From a virus (Duplodnaviria; Heunggongvirae; Uroviricota; Caudoviricetes): a stretch of 64,000 nucleotides of DNA. A program made the position numbers and the translations under genes. The notes under the pieces were generated by a model. The model saw only the letters and a list, made by a program, of their open reading frames with translations, did not search any database and was not told where the DNA came from. Location of the stretch: positions 64,001-128,000 of the IMG/VR virus record IMGVR_UViG_3300021431_002946. One strand, given 5' to 3'. Each line of letters opens with the position of its first letter. Position 1 is the first letter of the stretch. Below are positions 21,240-30,603 of this stretch, piece by piece.

Positions 21240-21731
21240 ATGGAATATTTTTATTATGGTCAGACTTTAAAATTATCTTTAGATCAATCAGTTAATGAGT
21301 ATATTTATGATTTTGAGTATGATGATGCTAGAGTAGATTTAGATATAATTCAAAAAATAAATCCTGGAATTAGACATAAAATTGATCAACTTTCTTTTTG
21401 TAAACAATTTCGCAGATACTTAAATACATCAGCAAATATTGTAAGCAGTATTGTTGATGGAGATTCTGAATTTGTTTTTGGTAAAGATCTTGATGGTTAT
21501 TCATATGAAAATATTTTTCCAAACGAAGTAACTGAAAATGATAGTTTTATTGTATACATAATTATACAAACTGACCAAAAATTTACTGATGAAGAATTAA
21601 AAGAATTGACAAATATACTAAAATTATTATCTAATTATTTTAAAACTAATGATGAATTTGAGTTAATTGAACTAACAAAAGATCAATTAATGAGTATGAG
21701 AAGTCATTATATAGACGATTCTAATGAATAA
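21240..21731 (+). CDS. hypothetical protein, tandem paralog 1
   Basis: EYDDARVDLDIIQKINP. Confidence 0.7.
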   Translation: MEYFYYGQTLKLSLDQSVNEYIYDFEYDDARVDLDIIQKINPGIRHKIDQLSFCKQFRRYLNTSANIVSSIVDGDSEFVFGKDLDGYSYENIFPNEVTENDSFIVYIIIQTDQKFTDEELKELTNILKLLSNYFKTNDEFELIELTKDQLMSMRSHYIDDSNE

Positions 21732-21802
21732 GAAATATTAAAATAGATATATGGAAAATATATGATTAAGTATCATTTTTCAAATATACTGGAGGTTTAA
21801 TT

Positions 21803-22384
21803 ATGGATATAACAAATATGTTCTTTTATAGTGGAGAAGCAATAGATTGGAAGTTAGAAACTAGTCTTGAAGAATATAATAATGACTATGAATGGGATAA
21901 TGCTCGTGTTGATTTAGATATTATTAAAGAGATAAATCCAGTTATTGGTAAAAAAATTAAATCTATTGATCTTGATTATGAGATTCGCAGATATTTGAGA
22001 GATGAAAAAGGTAATCTTGTTTCAGGCACTGATCTTGAAGATATTACTGAAGAAATGACAGAAATATATGAAATTGATGATAATGGTTACGTATTTGAAG
22101 ACGTAACTAGTGTACAACCAAAGAAAACAGATAGTTTTGCACTTTGTGTATTGATTATTGCATATAAAGAATTTACAAGCGATGAAATAACAGAATTAAC
22201 TAGAATTCTTAAAGTATTATCAACCATTTTCTATTTAAATAAAGAATTTAAAGTAGTACAATTAATACCAGAATCTGTTGAAGAAATTAATGGAGAGATT
22301 ATTGATGTTGGTGGTTTTATCCCAACTGATGATACTCTTGAAATTGATGGAGATGACAATGACGATGATGAGGAAGATATATGA
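21803..22384 (+). CDS. hypothetical protein, tandem paralog 2
   Basis: EWDNARVDLDIIKEINP. Confidence 0.7.
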   Translation: MDITNMFFYSGEAIDWKLETSLEEYNNDYEWDNARVDLDIIKEINPVIGKKIKSIDLDYEIRRYLRDEKGNLVSGTDLEDITEEMTEIYEIDDNGYVFEDVTSVQPKKTDSFALCVLIIAYKEFTSDEITELTRILKVLSTIFYLNKEFKVVQLIPESVEEINGEIIDVGGFIPTDDTLEIDGDDNDDDEEDI

Positions 22385-23097
22385 TTAGTTGGAATCCTTG
22401 GCATGGTTGTACAAAATATTCTGAAGGATGTAAAAATTGTTATGTTTATAGAATGGATGCTCAATATGGAAGAGATCCAGCGGATATAAAAATAACAAAT
22501 TCTTTTGATTTACCTCTTAAAAAGAATAAAAAGAAAGAATATAAATATCCTTCAGGAACAGTATTTTTTACATGTTATACATCAGACTTTTTCTTACCTG
22601 AAATGAAAGAACAAAGATTAAAAGCTTTAGAAATAATTAAAGAAAGATCTGATTGTAAATTTTTTATTATTACAAAAAGAATAGATTTAGTTGATATAGA
22701 TATTCCTGATAATGTAGAATTATGTTGTACTATGGAAAATCAGAAACAATATGATTATAGAATGCCTATATTTAAGAAAATAAATGCTAAACATAAAAGT
22801 CTTTGTCTTGAACCATTATTAACTCCTATAAGTTTAGGTGGATTAGCAGATATAAAACTTGAAAAGATTGTATCTGGTGGAGAATCTGGATACGGTAATG
22901 ACATAAGGCCTTGTAAAGAAGAATGGGTTAAAGATTTATATTTGCAAGCAAAGAAATACAATATACCTTTTTGTTTTAAACAAACAGGAACATATTTTGA
23001 AACTCTTGATGGTAAAAAATTAACTGTAGAAAGATCAAATCAATTTAATGAAGCTAGAAAGCTTGGTTACCAAGATTTTGAAATAACTACTTTGTAA
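22381..23097 (+). CDS. DUF5131 (phage Gp37/Gp68) family protein
   Basis: SWNPWHGCTKYSEGCKNCY, EPLL, GGESG, FKQTG. Confidence 0.85.
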   Translation: MISWNPWHGCTKYSEGCKNCYVYRMDAQYGRDPADIKITNSFDLPLKKNKKKEYKYPSGTVFFTCYTSDFFLPEMKEQRLKALEIIKERSDCKFFIITKRIDLVDIDIPDNVELCCTMENQKQYDYRMPIFKKINAKHKSLCLEPLLTPISLGGLADIKLEKIVSGGESGYGNDIRPCKEEWVKDLYLQAKKYNIPFCFKQTGTYFETLDGKKLTVERSNQFNEARKLGYQDFEITTL

Positions 23098-23109
23098 AGG
23101 AGAACAATT

Positions 23110-23283
23110 ATGAATAAACAAATACTTACATGTCCAAAATGTAAAACAGACATCTTATTTGATGCTGATAGAATAACGAAAGGAATTAGTTTTGAATTTC
23201 ATTGTTCTTGCGGAGCAAAAGTATTATATAAAATTCCAATGTATACAAAAGAAACTATTTATGAAATGATACATAGTTTTTAA
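23110..23283 (+). CDS. 57-aa zinc-ribbon protein (not in ORF track)
   Basis: AAGGAG RBS; MNKQILTCPKC...HCSCG. Confidence 0.65.
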   Translation: MNKQILTCPKCKTDILFDADRITKGISFEFHCSCGAKVLYKIPMYTKETIYEMIHSF

Positions 23284-23299
23284 TTAGAAAGGAAATTAT

Positions 23300-24229
23300 A
23301 TGTTTGAGATATTAAATGAATATTTTGACGAGTTGAATAAACTATCACCAGATAATAATACAGTTTATAGTCCTGTATCAACTAGATCTGCATTACAATT
23401 ATATAAATATTTATATAATTCTTCTGCATTTGATTATATGTTAAATGATAAAGATTATTTAAGTTTTGAAAATGCAAATAATGCTAAGTTTGTAAATAGA
23501 ATTTGGGCAAATACATTTTTTAATGCATCAGTACCAAATAAATTACAACAATATACACATTTTATTGATATGACAAATAGTCATTTGGCTACAAAAACAA
23601 AAGATTTATTTGTTGCAAAAGAAACAAATAATTTTATTGAGAAAACTGGAACTTTATTATCAAATGAATTAAAATACGATTTGATGAATATTGTTTATTT
23701 TAAGGATATTTGGGCAAAAACTTACGGATATAAATTAAATTTTATGCCTATAACATTTACTAATATTGATAATTCTACTAAGTCAGTAAAGAATTTTATA
23801 GTATCTTCAAAAGATGTTCTTGAAAATGAGAGCTGTTATTTAGTAGCATTAAACTATAAATCAGGTAATAAATGTTGGTTAGTATATCCTAAAACAAATA
23901 TAAATAGAGTTAATTTTAATAATTTAACTTGTAAAAATGTAGTTGCGTCATTATATATTCCAGAATTTGAAATTGAAAATAATTATCAATTAGATAAAGC
24001 ATTTTTACCTGATGGAGATATAGTAGCTATGGATCAAGTTGCAAAAATTAAATTTGATCATATTGGAACAGAAGCAGCTGCAGTAACAGAGATTGCAATT
24101 AGAGGCGCAGCACTTAGAGTAGACGTACCTCCAAGAATAATATTAAAATTTGATAAACCTTTTATGTACGCAATACAAGATACTTATAATAATGATTTTA
24201 TATTTATTGGTAAAATTGTTAAATTTTAA
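23300..24229 (+). CDS. serpin family protein
   Basis: YSPVS, NIVYFKDIW, hinge GTEAAAVT, FDKPFMYAI...FIGKI. Confidence 0.85.
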   Translation: MFEILNEYFDELNKLSPDNNTVYSPVSTRSALQLYKYLYNSSAFDYMLNDKDYLSFENANNAKFVNRIWANTFFNASVPNKLQQYTHFIDMTNSHLATKTKDLFVAKETNNFIEKTGTLLSNELKYDLMNIVYFKDIWAKTYGYKLNFMPITFTNIDNSTKSVKNFIVSSKDVLENESCYLVALNYKSGNKCWLVYPKTNINRVNFNNLTCKNVVASLYIPEFEIENNYQLDKAFLPDGDIVAMDQVAKIKFDHIGTEAAAVTEIAIRGAALRVDVPPRIILKFDKPFMYAIQDTYNNDFIFIGKIVKF

Positions 24230-24247
24230 TTTAGGAGAATTGTAACA

Positions 24248-24679
24248 ATGATACAAAAATTTAATTGCCCTCTATGTAAAAGTACAACAGAAGTTAATTT
24301 AAATAATTTTAGAGTAAATAGTAAAGTAGAAGTTTATTGCAGTAATTGTAAAGTTCAAAAATGGTGGATTATAACTCCAAATGTAGATATTCTTGGTGAA
24401 TGGTCTTATATTGATCAAATAAATAAAACAAAAGAAACTTATTGGTTTAAAGAAAATGGTGAAGGCAGATATATAACTGGCACTATTGATCCACAATTAG
24501 ATGGTATAGGTTCTGCTGCAATAAAATATGAAGTATATCCAAATCAAATAATAATTACTCAAGGTGAATCTATAAAAATTTTTTATTATGAATTAAATGG
24601 TAATGAACTTGCATTAACAACATTAATTGATAATAATATTCAAAAGAAAGCTGAAACTGTAATTTATAAAAGAAAATAA
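24248..24679 (+). CDS. zinc-ribbon-containing hypothetical protein
   Basis: CPLC...CSNC at the N-terminus. Confidence 0.65.
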   Translation: MIQKFNCPLCKSTTEVNLNNFRVNSKVEVYCSNCKVQKWWIITPNVDILGEWSYIDQINKTKETYWFKENGEGRYITGTIDPQLDGIGSAAIKYEVYPNQIIITQGESIKIFYYELNGNELALTTLIDNNIQKKAETVIYKRK

Positions 24680-24692
24680 AAGGTAAATTATT

Positions 24693-25178
24693 ATGATAAT
24701 GAAAAAAGAAACTTTAGAAAAAAGAATCATTTCATTAATCAAAAAATATGCACCAAGAGGTACAAAATTTGAGTGGAGTAGAACACAGTCTTGGTTTGGT
24801 GATTTTGGATGCGATTATAATCCATCAACAAAAAGATATAGTAATTTTATAATAAGAATAAGTTATCCACTTGCAAGTATTAATGAATGGAGTATAGTAA
24901 AAAGAATAGTATTACATGAGATTGCGCATGCTAGAACGCCTGGACACGATCATGATGATGCATGGCGTCAAGTCTGTTTATCTATTGGAGGAGATGGAGA
25001 AAGCCGATTCGAAGTTGTTGAAGATGGTGGTGATGTTAGATTACCATATTATAAATGGTTAGGTATATGTCCAGTTTGTAATAATAAATATTATAGACAA
25101 AGATTAACTGCAGATGATAAACGAAGATCATTTTGTTGTGATCCAGATAGAAAGATTATTTGGCTTAAACGAAAGTAA
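24693..25178 (+). CDS. SprT-like zinc metalloprotease
   Basis: VLHEIAHA...GHDHDDAW...IGG; C-terminal CPVC. Confidence 0.8.
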   Translation: MIMKKETLEKRIISLIKKYAPRGTKFEWSRTQSWFGDFGCDYNPSTKRYSNFIIRISYPLASINEWSIVKRIVLHEIAHARTPGHDHDDAWRQVCLSIGGDGESRFEVVEDGGDVRLPYYKWLGICPVCNNKYYRQRLTADDKRRSFCCDPDRKIIWLKRK

Positions 25179-25192
25179 GAAAGGAAATTATA

Positions 25193-25522
25193 ATGTACGG
25201 ATTAAATATAATTTTTAATGTAACGTGTTATGATGATGAAGGTAAAGATGAATTTACTATCCAAAAAGTCTATGTATTTGAAAAGCAAGAAATAAGAGAT
25301 AGTTTTGGACAAATATTAAATTCATTTGATGAATCTGGTAATAATAAATTATATAAAGCAAAAGATATAGAACATTTAGTTGAAAATCTTTGTGAAGCTT
25401 GTGAAAATCAGTTTAATGACGAAGAAATAGTTAAAAAAGATAATGAATATTCAATTGGAATGTATCAATTATTTGATGATGAATATATAAAAAAGAAATA
25501 TAAAGTATCAGTTACATATTGA
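25193..25522 (+). CDS. hypothetical protein
   Basis: AAAGGA RBS. Confidence 0.65.
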   Translation: MYGLNIIFNVTCYDDEGKDEFTIQKVYVFEKQEIRDSFGQILNSFDESGNNKLYKAKDIEHLVENLCEACENQFNDEEIVKKDNEYSIGMYQLFDDEYIKKKYKVSVTY

Positions 25523-25570
25523 ATAAAAATTCAAAAAGTTATTTAATTATAAAGGAAGGAAATTAATAAA

Positions 25571-26839
25571 ATGCAGTATAAGAAGTCAAGATATAATTAT
25601 TTTGTACCTTATGAAGATAATCAAACTATAGTATATAATTTTTATTCAAATTATACATCATTATTTGATGAAGATACTCTTAAAAGATATAATGAAGATT
25701 TATTAACTAATGAAGAACAAGAAGAATTATATAAAAGAGGTTTTCTTATTGATTCAAATAGAGATGAATTAAAAGAAATTATTAATCGTAGACGTCAAGA
25801 AAATTTAAATAGTAAACAAAAATTATATAGAATTTGGACTACATCAGGCTGTAATGCAAGATGCTTTTATTGTTTTGAAAAAGGCGTTAAAGTAGAAACA
25901 ATGACTGATGAAAGATGTGATAAAGTAATTGAGTATATTAAAGGAACTATTAATGATGGAGATACTGTAACTATTGAATGGTTTGGAGGAGAACCTTTAC
26001 TTAATACTCATGCAATAGATAAGATTACAACTGCAATTAAAGAAGAATGTAAAAAGAAGAACGCAAAATATAATAGTTTATTTATTTCAAATGGTAGTCT
26101 TATTACTCCTGAAATTATTAATAAAATGGAAAATGAATGGAATACTAGAAATATTCAAATTACACTTGATGGTTCTGAAAATGCATATAATAAAATAAAA
26201 GATTATTATAATCCTGAAAAGCATAACTTTAAAAATGTATTAGATAATATTATGCTTCTTAAGAATACAAAGATTAAAGTTGCAATTAGACTTAATTATA
26301 CAGAAGATAACTATGAAGATATTCTTGATGTAATTAGACTTATTGGACCTAAGTTACAAGATTCTAATAATGTAATTGCATATGTATATCCTATTTGGAG
26401 TACATTAAATGATGAAGAAAAAGATAAATTTATTTCTGATGTTGAAGCAGATAAAAATATATTAAATATTTTTAAAGAAATAATTAAATATAATCTTAAT
26501 ACAATAAAGAAACTTATTAGAATTAATAGAAAACTTACGTCATGTAAATCATGTAATATGTATAGCCATACAATTTTACCTACTGGAGATATTTCAAAAT
26601 GTAGTGAAAGTTTTAATAGATTATACGGTAATGTTACAGATGGTATTACTGATAAAGAAGGTTATGCATATTGGAGTAATCGTGATATAGATCAGGAATG
26701 TAAAGATTGTGTATTTATGCCAATATGTCAAGGTGGTTGTGAAGCAAGTAAGTATATCAATATGCCTAAATGTTTTGCATATAAACCTATTATTGATGAA
26801 ATCTTAATTTATTATGTAGACTCTCTACAAAATAAATAA
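25571..26839 (+). CDS. radical SAM/SPASM peptide maturase
   Basis: CNARCFYC, WFGGEPLL, QITLDG; SPASM C...GDISKC...GNV...CKDCVFMPICQGGC...C; N-terminal RRE-like extension. Confidence 0.9.
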   Translation: MQYKKSRYNYFVPYEDNQTIVYNFYSNYTSLFDEDTLKRYNEDLLTNEEQEELYKRGFLIDSNRDELKEIINRRRQENLNSKQKLYRIWTTSGCNARCFYCFEKGVKVETMTDERCDKVIEYIKGTINDGDTVTIEWFGGEPLLNTHAIDKITTAIKEECKKKNAKYNSLFISNGSLITPEIINKMENEWNTRNIQITLDGSENAYNKIKDYYNPEKHNFKNVLDNIMLLKNTKIKVAIRLNYTEDNYEDILDVIRLIGPKLQDSNNVIAYVYPIWSTLNDEEKDKFISDVEADKNILNIFKEIIKYNLNTIKKLIRINRKLTSCKSCNMYSHTILPTGDISKCSESFNRLYGNVTDGITDKEGYAYWSNRDIDQECKDCVFMPICQGGCEASKYINMPKCFAYKPIIDEILIYYVDSLQNK

Positions 26840-26884
26840 TTTTCTTTATATAGAACTATACTATAGAAAGGAGAAAAATATAAT

Positions 26885-26983
26885 ATGAAGTTTTTTGACG
26901 AAGACATAATGGAAACTACAACAAGTTCATGTATTTGTGATGAAGATGGCTGTCAAATCACTTGTCAATCTTGTGATGACTAA
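26885..26983 (+). CDS. Cys-rich RiPP precursor 1 (32 aa)
   Basis: AAGGAG RBS; MKFFDEDIMETTTSSCICDEDGCQITCQSCDD. Confidence 0.8.
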   Translation: MKFFDEDIMETTTSSCICDEDGCQITCQSCDD

Positions 26984-26987
26984 AAAT

Positions 26988-27017
26988 AAGGCTAGAGCCT
27001 TAGACTCTAGCCTTTTT
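26988..27017 (+). terminator. intrinsic terminator
   Basis: AAGGCTAGAG-ccttaga-CTCTAGCCTT followed by T. Confidence 0.7.
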
Positions 27018-27031
27018 ATAACAATCTTGAC

Positions 27032-28410
27032 AGAAAACCAATGAACTTTAGTTCATTGGATGAATTGTGATGTTAAATCTATAGAAAGGAGAATAAGATG
27101 TCAACTTACGCAGTACAAAGTAATGTCATTCGAGGATTATCCAAAAAGCAATATAATCTACTTAAAGAAATGTGTCGATATTCTAATAGTCTGTATAATG
27201 TCACTCTTTATAATATCAGGCAGCATTATTTTAATACAAAGATGTTCCTGACTTACGAGAGTAATTATCACGAATGTAAGACTAATGAAAATTACAAGTT
27301 ATTGCAAGCAGGTGTGGCTCAACAAACTATGAAAGTTGTTGACCGCAGTTTCAAATCATTCTTCAATTTGCTGAAAAAGTGTAAAGTCGGTGATTACCGC
27401 TACCACGATGTAAAGATACCACATTATAGAAAATCGGGGGGGATTATTCAATTTAGTGCTTTCTACTAATGCGATTATTATTCGTGGTGATTATCTGATG
27501 CTCCCTATGAGTAGAGAGTTTAGGGCATTACATCCTGAAGTTAAAGAGATTGCAATACCATTTCCTAAAAGGCTTTCAGATAAAACTATTAAAGAAGTTC
27601 GCATCTTGCCTTGCGGTAATGGTAGAGTATTCAAAATTCAGTATGTGTATGAAGTAACCGAAGAACCGATAAATCTGAATAAGGACAATGTAATTTCAAT
27701 TGACCTCGGAATAGATAATTTAGCAACTTGCGTTTCCACCATTGGGACATCATTCATAATGGATGGTCGTAAAATTAAATCAATCAATCACCAGTGGAAT
27801 AAAGAGATGTCAAGGCTTCGCTCAATTGCTATGAAACAGAATTTGAAAACTACTAATCGTATTCAGAGAATTACTGCTAAACGCAATAATCAGGTAAATG
27901 ACTGTATTAAAAAGACTGCACGATATATCATTGACTATTGTATAGAAAATGATATAGGTTCACTTGTCGTTGGATATAATGCTGACTTCAAAAGAAATTC
28001 TAACATCGGCAAAGTAAACAATCAGAATTTTGTTCAGATACCTCTCGGAGATTTGAGAAATCAGTTGAGTTTTCTTTGTTGGAAGTATGGTATTGACTAC
28101 ATCGAACAAGAAGAAGCATATACATCTAAAAGCAGTTTCCTTGACAAAGATGTATTGCCTGAATACAAGCCTGAACAACCATATACAGGTAAGTTTAGTG
28201 GTAAGAGAATACATCGAGGTCTGTATTGTTCTGCTAATGGTACAATCATTAATGCAGATGTAAATGGTGCAGCAAACATAATGAGAAAATGTAAGCAGAA
28301 TGTCGATTTCGACAAACTGTGTCTAGGGCTTTTGGTGAGTCCCGCAAGAATAAGGCTCTCGTAGCAAACTTCTTGCGAATCCCATTGGCTTTAGCCGATG
28401 GGTACGTCAA
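27032..28410 (+). mobile_element. IS200/IS605-family tnpB-only (IS1341-like) element
   Basis: Left hairpin CCAATGAAC-ttta-GTTCATTGG after TTGAC; right hairpin CCCATTGGC-ttta-GCCGATGGG ending in TCAA; higher GC than the flanks. Confidence 0.8.
27098..28364 (+). pseudogene. tnpB: TnpB RNA-guided endonuclease, frameshifted at the G7 run 27436-27442
   Basis: SNSLYN N-terminal region; RuvC SIDLGIDNLA, EEAYTSK, INADVNGAANI; removing one G restores KSGGLFNLVLS. Confidence 0.85.
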
Positions 28411-28426
28411 AAAGTAGATTCATAAA

Positions 28427-28528
28427 ATGGTATTTTTTGAAGAAGAAAATAACGTTAGAGATACTTATTGTGATCTTTTTAGTTGTGATTTTTGTAGAAA
28501 TGACAATATCCTTAAAAGAGGTAAAAAT
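28427..28528 (+). CDS. Cys-rich precursor-like unit 2 (runs in frame into precursor 3)
   Basis: MVFFEEENNVRDTYCDLFSCDFCRND; weak RBS; no stop before the next unit. Confidence 0.55.
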
Positions 28529-28639
28529 ATGAAATTTTTTAATGAAGAAATTAAGCCAATAAATAATAATTGCTGGACAAATTGTGATGATTGCGAAAAT
28601 TGTGACGGTTGTATAAGTTGTGATTATTTACCTGAATAA
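28529..28639 (+). CDS. Cys-rich RiPP precursor 3 (36 aa)
   Basis: AAGAGGT RBS; MKFFNEEIKPINNNCWTNCDDCENCDGCISCDYLPE. Confidence 0.8.
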   Translation: MKFFNEEIKPINNNCWTNCDDCENCDGCISCDYLPE

Positions 28640-28669
28640 TTTTAATATTAAAAAGAAGGTGCATAAAAT

Positions 28670-28834
28670 ATGAAATTTTTTGATAATGAGCAGTTTAGTT
28701 TAGGATTTAGTGCTTGCGATAATGTTTGTGACAATGATTGTCAAGGTCCTACTTGTGATAATTGTGATAATGATACTACTGGTGGTGGCTGCGATAATAT
28801 AGGTTGTGATTTTTGTGACTCAGTAAATTATTAA
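28670..28834 (+). CDS. Cys-rich RiPP precursor 4 (54 aa)
   Basis: GAAGGTG RBS; MKFFDNEQFSLGFSACDNVCDNDCQGPTCDNCDNDTTGGGCDNIGCDFCDSVNY. Confidence 0.8.
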   Translation: MKFFDNEQFSLGFSACDNVCDNDCQGPTCDNCDNDTTGGGCDNIGCDFCDSVNY

Positions 28835-28908
28835 AGGCTATTTAATAATAATAGGCCGATTTAAAAAAAAATATTTACAATGGCTAGCTTAAGAAGCTGG
28901 CCATTTTT
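28833..28908 (+). promoter_or_regulatory. CTATTTAA motif + hairpin module
   Basis: AAAGGCTATTTAATAATAATAG ... ATGGCTAGCTT/AAGCTGGCCAT and T run. Confidence 0.55.
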
Positions 28909-28937
28909 ATTATTCTAAATGGAGGAGGAAAAATTTA

Positions 28938-29615
28938 ATGAAGATACAATTCAAAAAAGATGATGATGATCATCACGCCGGGTTAAATTATTCTAAGCAT
29001 CCTCCATTTGTTAAACATACATGTAGTAATTGTAATAAAACAGTTACTAGAATGTTTAAAAAATATGATGATTGGGAATTTAATTATTCGACGCTAATAA
29101 ATTCTAGAAAAGAATTTTTTAATAAAGTAGAATTGTGTCCTGAATGTGGTTATGTAATGTTGTTTAATAATACTGAAGTTTCAAAACAAACTAAGAAATA
29201 TATTAAAACAAACAAAGTATATTTAAGCACATTAAAGGCAAAAGGTTATGAACCTGGTTTTAAGAAATGGCTTTTATTTGCATATTTATCAGAATATAAT
29301 TGTAATTATACTGAGGCTGGAATTGCATATACAAAAGCATATGATTTTTTGGAATTTAATAATTTACCATTAGATCCAATTTTATTAACATTTGCATCAG
29401 ATTGTTTTCTTGCAGCAGTTAAAAATCATTCTACATATATTGATGCATTATTAGCTGTAGATGCAATGAGAAGAGCTGGAAAATTTGATCTAGCATTAGA
29501 AACATTAAGTTCTATGAAAAATATATATAAAAAAGATAAAATTGATCTTTTAATAGAAAAAGAAAAAGTTTGGATAACTGCAAAAAGTAAACATAAATAT
29601 AATTTAGATATATAA
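28938..29615 (+). CDS. DUF2225-like zinc-binding / TPR-like protein
   Basis: CSNC...CPECGY, helical C-terminus RRAGKFDLA. Confidence 0.55.
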   Translation: MKIQFKKDDDDHHAGLNYSKHPPFVKHTCSNCNKTVTRMFKKYDDWEFNYSTLINSRKEFFNKVELCPECGYVMLFNNTEVSKQTKKYIKTNKVYLSTLKAKGYEPGFKKWLLFAYLSEYNCNYTEAGIAYTKAYDFLEFNNLPLDPILLTFASDCFLAAVKNHSTYIDALLAVDAMRRAGKFDLALETLSSMKNIYKKDKIDLLIEKEKVWITAKSKHKYNLDI

Positions 29616-29626
29616 GGAAGTAAATT

Positions 29627-30076
29627 ATGGGTTTTAAAGAACAACTTGAACAAGTAACTCAAAAACAAACAAAAATAATAAATGATTTAACAAATGATAT
29701 TAATTCAATATTATCTGAAACTTGGTTTACTAAATATATTGTTAAACAAGTAGAATATAGAAATCTTAACTCTCAATCTGATACTTTTAAAGTATATTTT
29801 ACAATTGATAGAGAAAATATAAATAAGCCTATAATATATAGATTAAGTTTACATGCAGATAATGAATTAGCAAGTGCGAATAAAACAGGCGAAGTAATTT
29901 GGTCTACATTACAAGAAATAAATAAAATTGCAATGACTCAAATACTTGAAAAAATAATTTATAATAAAATAAACTCATTTAAAGATGTTGAAAATGTTTA
30001 TATTGTAGAATTTAAATTAGAAAGTCCATATTATAAACCAATTTTCATGATTGAATTCAAAAATCCTTTAAAATAA
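29627..30076 (+). CDS. hypothetical protein
   Basis: ORF followed by a terminator at 30076-30105. Confidence 0.65.
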   Translation: MGFKEQLEQVTQKQTKIINDLTNDINSILSETWFTKYIVKQVEYRNLNSQSDTFKVYFTIDRENINKPIIYRLSLHADNELASANKTGEVIWSTLQEINKIAMTQILEKIIYNKINSFKDVENVYIVEFKLESPYYKPIFMIEFKNPLK

Positions 30077-30603
30077 ACCTCTGTTTCTTACAGAGGTTAT
30101 TTTTTGTAAATAATTTGTAATTTAATTGAAATCCTATAGTAATTTTTTAAATATGTACAGCTATTATAAAGAGTGTTATAATACACTAAAAAAATATAAT
30201 ATAGGAGGATAATATATTATATAATAATTTTTTTAAAATAAGTTATGTAGCTCAATTTAAAGAATATATTATATTTTTTGGTTTTATAATTAATGGAGAT
30301 CCAGACATAATGGGTAAACAAGATTGGATGAAAGATTTTATAGAAATAAATTCTATTAAAGATCTTAATGATGCATTTGATTATATGTTAATGAGTTTAG
30401 AAGATAAAAAGTTATTAAATTTTATGGATAATGCAGATTACATAAAAATAATTAAAGAATTAAAAGAAAAAATAAATCAATACAAATAATATTAAATAAA
30501 AAAATTTAATTTTTAGAATGCTTCAACAATATATAGTTGGAGCATTTTATATTTAAAAAGCTATTTAATATATATAAATATATAACAGTAAGGAGGTGAA
30601 CAG

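Noticed and set aside
16085-22384. Diversity-generating retroelement template/variable repeats
   Set aside because: The paralog pairs differ throughout rather than only at adenines, and no reverse transcriptase is present in the window.
27060-27251. 63-aa ORF at the IS left end as a possible tnpA
   Set aside because: It has no HUH/Y1 or serine recombinase motifs and overlaps tnpB out of frame.
30200-30489. Possible short or decayed ORF (30310-30489)
   Set aside because: The RBS-like AGGAGG is far from any in-frame start and there are no motifs, so support is too weak.
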